Both the position numbers and the translations under genes were made by a program. Positions 56,799 through 64,000 of a DNA stretch of 64,000 nucleotides are shown piece after piece. The notes below the pieces were generated by a model that saw nothing but the letters and a program-made list of their open reading frames with translations, made no database searches and had not been told where the DNA came from. Source of the DNA: Oculina patagonica (taxonomy: Eukaryota); the NCBI RefSeq assembly GCF_052425735.1, contig NC_135768.1, positions 4,526,001 to 4,590,000 on the forward strand, written 5' to 3'. Numbering within the stretch: position 1 is the stretch's first letter; every line of letters begins with the position of its first letter.

Positions 56799-59700
56799 AT
56801 TTCTCGACGCGTTCAGTGCAACTTGTCGAAGTGTAAAGATGACGTGGAAGGCTGTGGAGGCTTCTAAGATTAAAGCGTTTTCGTGGCTTGATGCACGATT
56901 CCGGATGCAAATATGTCAGTGTTGCTCAAGAAAAGGCGTGTCTTTGATGGACACGTAGGTAGGTAGGGTGGACAGTGTCACGGACAATGTAGGGCTTGGG
57001 GGAGGGAGGCAGAATTTGCCCATGTCGCCGACATTTATCAGCGAGTAAGAAAGAGTAGCAGTTGAAAAACGTCTTCCTAAGTTAATAAGAGAACGATTGC
57101 ATTTAGACGTTCAAGCCAAAGATTTATTTACATTTCTTCTTCGTTCCGTTAACTGATAAGAATTTTAATTAACGTCAAAGGTTTGTTCTTAACGGATGAT
57201 AGTTAATGAAGAAAACTTAAGTTATCAAAGCTAGTCCATGTTTTCCACTGGCATTCGGGATAAGCACACAGGTGAAGTTTAAGAAATTTTGTGTTTCGTT
57301 TCTTAATATCAAGCCAGACAAGGTATAGCGAAGAATTAATCGTATAGATTTTGTGTGAAAAATGTATCTGCTATGCTGCATGGTTGTTAAAAACATCACC
57401 CTCCCCCCGGCTAATCTTCGTGTTATATTGAACCCAATGTCCTTATTTGGCAAATTTGACTGACAGCAGCGTTGACCCCTTTTTGAAATTTATATTTGAA
57501 GAGCAGAATACAGTCTAGGCTCACTGGTGAACGCCTGGTGAGGTTTTATAAGCTCGCTCGTGAATCTCCTGCAATAAACATTTCATTCGATTGAATTTCA
57601 TTTTGAAAATAACTTTACTTATCAGCGTGCAAGGCGCACTATAAACCCACTGAATACAAGCTTTGTAGCTTTTTTCATCATCTTGTTTATTGTTTAGAGG
57701 TGTAATGTTGAAGCACTACATTATATGTTCGTGTGCGCTCGGTTTTTACTGCTGCACTCCGGCAAATCTTGCTCGTCACCAACCATTTTTCCATTCTTTG
57801 GTTATTTCAAAATGGTTTCTTTTGTAAGTTCAGAACGCTTTCTTCTATTAGAAAGATGCCTGCAAACTTCACGTACGATTACTTTTTCCGCCCTATCGCT
57901 TTCCAATTAATATATTGGTATCCACGTAATGGTCTTTAAGGTGGCTCCGCAATTGTTCCAGACGAGTGCTCTCGCCCCGCCGGGATGAGGCTTAAAATCA
58001 AGGCGGGTTTCGGGATATGAAAAATTTTAGTGGCGGCCGCGGGATACGGGATGAAATTGTTTTGGCGGGACCGGGATGTGTAACTTTTTGTAGGCAAGAT
58101 GTGGGATGTTCTGAAATTTATGGCGAGATGAAGTATCAAACACGATCTTTGTTGATAGATAAACTTTGTTCCCGCGACTATTGTGTTTTTACCAAAATTA
58201 ATAGTTTTAATTTCTCGGCCACTTATAAACAACGTGACTAACTTAGGTATACAGGGCAGGAGTTTCCCAGGCACTTTAATATGGTAGTTAAAACGGTTTT
58301 AATTTTTCTACCGATTAAAAACAACGTGACTCTAAACTAAGTACACAGAGCAGGAGTTTCTCGTGCATTTTGAAAGAGCCGATAAAACTAGTTTAATTTG
58401 TTGACAGATAATGTCAACAAATGTCACTAACTTAGTAACTCTACTGAACTAAGTACACAGAGCAGGAGTTTTCCGTGCATTTCTAGTCGACAGATTCAAA
58501 AGCGATGTGACTAACTTCAGTACACATGTCAAGTACATGTGGCCAAACTAAGTACACAAGAGCAGGAATTTCTCGGGCATCAACAAATTTGATATTTTCA
58601 TTTTTGAAATAAACCGTTCTCCCTAAACAAACCCTTAATGTTTCGAGGGTTGTGTAATAACATACAACAGATACCTCGGTGTGCTGGCATTCATCTTCTG
58701 CGGTTTTTCAAAGGTGGGTTTGCATCTCGCTCGGCTAGAATGACATCTGAGCTAATTTGTCTTATATGCTTATACTTTGCTATCAGAATGTAATATGTTA
58801 GTTGATTGCCATTGTGTTTATCCATTTTTTTAACTTGGAAGCTTTTGCCTGTTAAATCTGCTGGAAAAAAACCCTGCATCAGGGATACTTTAGAGAGATC
58901 GCTATATTTACGAAACATTTTAATGGCCAATTCTTGTTGATGGTGCAGGGGAGTTGTGACTACATAAGTTCGCCGTCGAACATTTAAGAAACCGAGAGAT
59001 TCGCCGAAGTTGTCATAATTCGCTCCTTTGCTGTCGCCATAGTCGCTATTTCAACACAAGTCTTGTCGTTCGTCAGTTTTATTTCTTCTATGTCGCTGTA
59101 AAAATGCTGCGTCGCTTCTCGGAATTTATCCAAGCAGGGCCTCTGAAAAGAGTCTATAACCAGCTTGCATTTCAAGGTCTTTTAAAGTTGTTCAACAATT
59201 TTAACTCTTTTAAAGCCTCAAACAAACTGTTTTCACTGCGCATGCAGCCGGTATTTTTTCCAGGTAGAGATAAATCAACCGTTCCCCGACTAGTGTAACA
59301 AGAACAGCAGAATCCCACCCTAGAAGGAAAAGCTACCGAGTGCGACTCGGGCAGTGAAACTTGTGAGCTCGAGAGTGAAGGTTTTGTAGAAGAGGACAGT
59401 GGTTTGGGCATCAGTAAGCTACTTAAGCTGTCGACTTTCTAGTCGGGATAACAGGCTGTTTCAGGTTGTTTTCGAAACGACTACAAATGGCTAATAAGTG
59501 GCTCCTCCAAAAATGTTCTGCAATTGGTATAGGATTTAATGGAGCCGAAACCGATTGTGAAATTGCACGCATTTTAGGCATCCTACTGATGAACGGTTAC
59601 GGCAATTAGATATTTTCAGGAGCGCTATTGCGTTAACGTTAATTTTCTGTCCTTTGAGAATTATGTACAACAAAAAGAGTGAACAGTGCTATATTAATTA

Positions 59701-62700
59701 TCTGCGGTATTACCTTCAAGTATAGTTGATTTTCTTGGGTGCAAAACTTTGCGAGGCTCCGGGCCAGAAATAATGGCATCCGTGTTGGAGATATTAACCA
59801 CTATTGTCGCTTTCTTCAACTCATGATCTTTTACGTCAGTCAACCATTTTGACTTGAGAAATTTGGAAAATTTCAGAGGCTGTTTTGATTTAAAAACCAT
59901 TTTTCTTGGCGCGTTCAGTGCAACTTGTCGAAGTTTTAAGCTGACGTGGAAAGCTGTGGGGGCCTCTAAGATTAAAGCGTTTTCGTGGCTTGATGCACGA
60001 TTCCGGATGCAAATTTGTCAGTGTTGCTTAAGAAAAGGCGTGTCTTTGATGGACACGAAGGTAGGTAGGGTGGACAGTGTCACGGACAATGTACAACTTG
60101 GGGGAGGGAGGCAGAATTTGCCCATGTCGCCGACATTTATCAGCGAGTAAGAAAGAGTAGCAGTTGAAAAACTTCTTCCTAGTTAATAAGAGAACGATTG
60201 CAAGTAGACGTTCAAGCCAAAGATTTTTTTACATTTCTTTTTCGTTTCGATAACAGATAAGAATTTTAATTAACGTCAAAGGTTTGTCCTAAACGGATGA
60301 TAGTTAATGAAGAAAAATTAAGTTATCAAAGCTAGTCCATGTTATCTACTGGCATTCGGGATAGGTACACAGCTGGTGTTTAAGAAATTTTGTGTTTCGT
60401 ATCTTAATATCAAGCCAGACAAGGTATAGCGAAGAATTAATCGTATAGATTTTGTGTGAAAAATGTATCTGCTATATGCTGCATGGTTGTTAAAAACATC
60501 ACCCTCCCCCCGGCTAATCTTCGTGTTATATTGAACCCAATGTCCTTATTTGACAAATTTGACTGACAGCGGCGTTGACCCCTTTTTAAAATTTATATTT
60601 GAAGAGCAGAATACAGTCTAGGCTCACTGGTGAACGCCCTGCTCTCGCTGTACTTGCTGAAAGCTGTGTTCTGTACAAAGCAAGACGGTACGTAGGGTAT
60701 GTGTTCTATCGAATATAATGCCTTATTTTTACTGTATAGAAATTAAGGTAAACGGTTAATCGAAATTCCCTTCTTTTAGCACATGCTAATTTTAATCATA
60801 TTTTACCAAAGACACGAAAGATTTCATCGTCTAGCTAGAAGTTGAAATCTTATTCAAAAAGCAAAGGTTTTATTTTTATTTTTGGATAGTATGGGTTACG
60901 TTTTTATAAAAAATTGCTTTCTTCCGTTTGGGTTCTTATGTGCATGTTTCCTAAGTGAAGAAGATCGCTTGTGTGTTAGTTCGGCTATTCATTTCATACA
61001 TCATGTTAATTCAGCTACATTTATCAGTTTCAAATTGAGACCAATACTTTTTTCTTTTTCGGTTTAGAAGCTATAGAATACTTTCCACTTCTCGCCCTGC
61101 GTGGACTGTAGTTTTGTTTTTTTCACAGTATACTCGGACAATTCTCAATTGAGTCCCCGAAAAAATTATTGCATTCACATACAACGTTACGCCGGCTTAA
61201 CGCATAGCTCGAATAATTAATCGAAAATTTAGCTGGTTATATAGTGAACACTCCGTGCCATCATCAATATCTTAGTTATATTCGAGGTGTTTTCAAACCA
61301 ATGTAGCTATTTTCACACATGCAAATATTCTAGTAGTGTAACTGATCTCTGCTTTGTATATTACAAACGAGGTTTTATAAGCTCGCTCGTGAATCTCCTG
61401 CAATAAACATTTCATTCGATTGAATTTCATTTTGAAAATAACTTTACTTATCAGCGTGCAAGGCGCACTATAAACCCACTGAATACAAGCTTTGTAGCTT
61501 TTTTCATCACCTTGTTTATTGTTTAGAGGTGTAATGTTGAAGCACTACATTATATGTTCGTGTGCGCTCGGTTTTTACTGCTGCACTCCGGCAAATCTTG
61601 CTCGTCACCAACCATTTTTCCATTCTTTGGTTATTTCAAAATGGTTTCTTTTGTAAGTTCAGAACGCTTTCTTCTATTAGAAAGATGCCTGCAAACTTCA
61701 CGTACGATTACTTTTTCCGCCCTATGGCTTTCCAATTAATATATTGGTATCCACGTAATGGTCTTTAAGGTGGCTCCGCAATTGTTCCAGACGAGTGCTC
61801 TCGCCCCGCCGGGATGAGGCTTAAAATCAAGGCGGGTTTCGGGATATGAAAAATTTTAGTGGCGGCCGCGGGATACGGGATGAAATTGTTTTGGCGGGAC
61901 CGGGATGTGTAACTTTTTGTAGGCAAGATGTGGGATGTTCTAAAATTTATGGCGAGATGAAGTATCAAACACGATCTTTGTTGATAGATAAACTTTGTTC
62001 CGGCGACTATTGTGTTTTTACCAAAATTAATAGTTTTAATTTCTCGGCCACTTATAAACAACGTGACTAACTTAGGTATACAGGGCAGGAGTTTCCCAGG
62101 CACTTTAATATGGTAGTTAAAACGGTTTTAATTTTTCTACCGATTAAAAACAACGTGACTCTAAACTAAGTACACAGAGCAGGAGTTTCTCGTGCATTTT
62201 GAAAGAGCCGATAAAACTAGTTTAATTTGTTGACAGATAATGTCAACAAATGTCACTAACTTAGTAACTCTACTGAACTAAGTACACAGAGCAGGAGTTT
62301 TCCGTGCATTTCTAGTCGACAGATTCAAAAGCGATGTGACTAACTTCAGTACACATGTCAAGTACATGTGGCCAAACTAAGTACACAAGAGCAGGAATTT
62401 CTCGGGCATCAACAAATTTGATATTTTCATTTTTGAAATAAACCGTTCTCCCTAAACAAACCCTTAATGTTTCGAGGGTTGTGTAATAACATACAACAGA
62501 TACCTCGGTGTGCTGGCATTCATCTTCTGCGGTTTTTCAAAGGTGGGTTTGCATCTCGCTCGGCTAGAATGACATCTGAGCTGATTTGTCTTATATGCTT
62601 ATACTTTGCTATCAGAATGTAATATGTTAGTTGATTGCCATTGTGTTTATCCATTTTTTTAACTTGGAAGCTTTTGCCTGTTAAATCTGCTGGAAAAAAA

Positions 62701-64000
62701 CCCTGCATCAGGGATACTTTAGAGAGATCGCTATATTTACGAAACATTTTAATGGCCAATTCTTGTTGATGGTGCAGGGGAGTTGTGACTACATAAGTTC
62801 GCCGTCGAACATTTAAGAAACCGAGAGATTCGCCGAAGTTGTCATAATTCGCTCCTTTGCTGTCGCCATAGTCGCTATTTCAACACAAGTCTTGTCGTTC
62901 GTCAGTTTTATTTCTTCTATGTCGCTGTAAAAATGCTGCGTCGCTTCTCGGAATTTATCCAAGCAGGGCCTCTGAAAAGAGTCTATAACCAGCTTGCATT
63001 TCAAGGTCTTTTAAAGTTGTTCAACAATTTTAACTCTTTTAAAGCCTCAAACAAACTGTTTTCACTGCGCATGCAGCCGGTATTTTTTCCAGGTAGAGAT
63101 AAATCAACCGTTCCCCGACTAGTGTAACAAGAACAGCAGAATCCCACCCTAGAAGGAAAAGCTACCGAGTGCGACTCGGGCAGTAAAACTTGTGAGCTCG
63201 AGAGTGAAGGTTTTGTAGAAGAGGACAGTGGTTTGGGCATCAGTAAGCTACTTAAGCTGTCGACTTTCTAGTCGGGATAACATCTCTATTTAGCTGTTAT
63301 GTACGATTTAACAGTCGATTTGTTTTACAAAACCTATGCCTAAAGTACTAAGGTGAAAAAGTATCAAAATCGCATTCGTGACATAAGTGGCGTTCACAGC
63401 CGTAGCTCAGTAACACGATTTCCATGTTATGAAGCAACTTGGAGCCCTTCACACAGTTGGTCTAGCCTAAGCTTAGGAAAGTAATTTAGATTTCAATTGC
63501 TACTAAGCTAATCAATTAACGTAAACTTCCCTTTTGCGTATAACGGACGGAGGAAACTTATACTTATGGGTTTCATGGGAAAAAGTCGATGAATTGAGAC
63601 GTTATAGCAGGCGGGATTGGGATGAGAGGAGGGCATTGGGGGTTGCTGAACACCGTATTACCGCAAAAAATCGGCAAATATCGCAATACCCAAAAAAAAT
63701 CTGGAAAATACTGCAATTTCATAGTAAGCCTGTATGGTTGGTTGGCGGATTCGTTGACGCGAGGGGAAAAGAGGCAAAAACGAGCGGTGGGACCGTGAAA
63801 CAAAGACACGGCTTTAAACCGGCTGTTAAAACATTAAACTTGTAAATTAGAAAGTGTGAAAAAATTAGGCTGTTTCAGGTTGCTTTCGAAACGACTACAA
63901 ATGGCTAATAAGTGGCTCCTCCAAAAATGTTCTGCAATTGGTATAGGATTTAATGGAGCCGAAACCGATTGTGAAATTGCACGCATTTTAGGCATCCTAC
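56558..64000. repeat. Tandem segmental duplication of cupin exon 1 + upstream DNA (unit 1 ~56558-59660, unit 2 ~59661 to beyond window end)
   Basis: 56580-57535 matches 59682-60638; 57540-59453 matches 61369-63282; 59454-59586 matches 63868-64000. Confidence 0.95.
59714..59900 (-). CDS. Additional exon 1 of the cupin gene (orphan or alternative first exon, copy C)
   Basis: Intact ATG, 187-nt frame and |gtaata donor; no exon 2 between it and exon 1B. Confidence 0.75.

Noticed and set aside
57725-59411. Short ORFs duplicated at 61554-63240
   Set aside because: Identical only because of the recent duplication. No recognisable domains; probably interior of a non-autonomous element.

Overview
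AT-rich eukaryotic (animal) genomic DNA. Its repeat repertoire suggests an anthozoan or stony coral, which is inference. (1) 836-24763 (+) holds the 3' part of a multi-exon phospholipase C-beta gene. I resolved 28 coding exons by hand, covering the X box, X-Y linker, Y box, C2 domain, proximal CTD and coiled-coil distal CTD, ending in a PDZ-ligand-like -VTKL. One intron is U12-type (minor spliceosome). The 5' exons lie upstream of the window. (2) ~25-48 kb is non-coding and full of nested MITEs, SINEs, pogo remnants and a ~98-bp satellite. (3) 48.1-64 kb is the most unusual part: a small family of two-exon genes encoding a 238-aa cupin-type metalloprotein (HNH...EVH...WH motif). From memory it resembles the aldos-2-ulose dehydratase (AUDH) cupin and stand-alone bacterial homologues, so it is a candidate horizontally acquired, intron-containing enzyme. 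Two complete copies lie tail-to-tail. The minus-strand copy is preceded by a tandem array of upstream-region+exon-1 cassettes lacking exon 2. The extra exon 1 differs almost only at synonymous sites, and the array runs off the window end.
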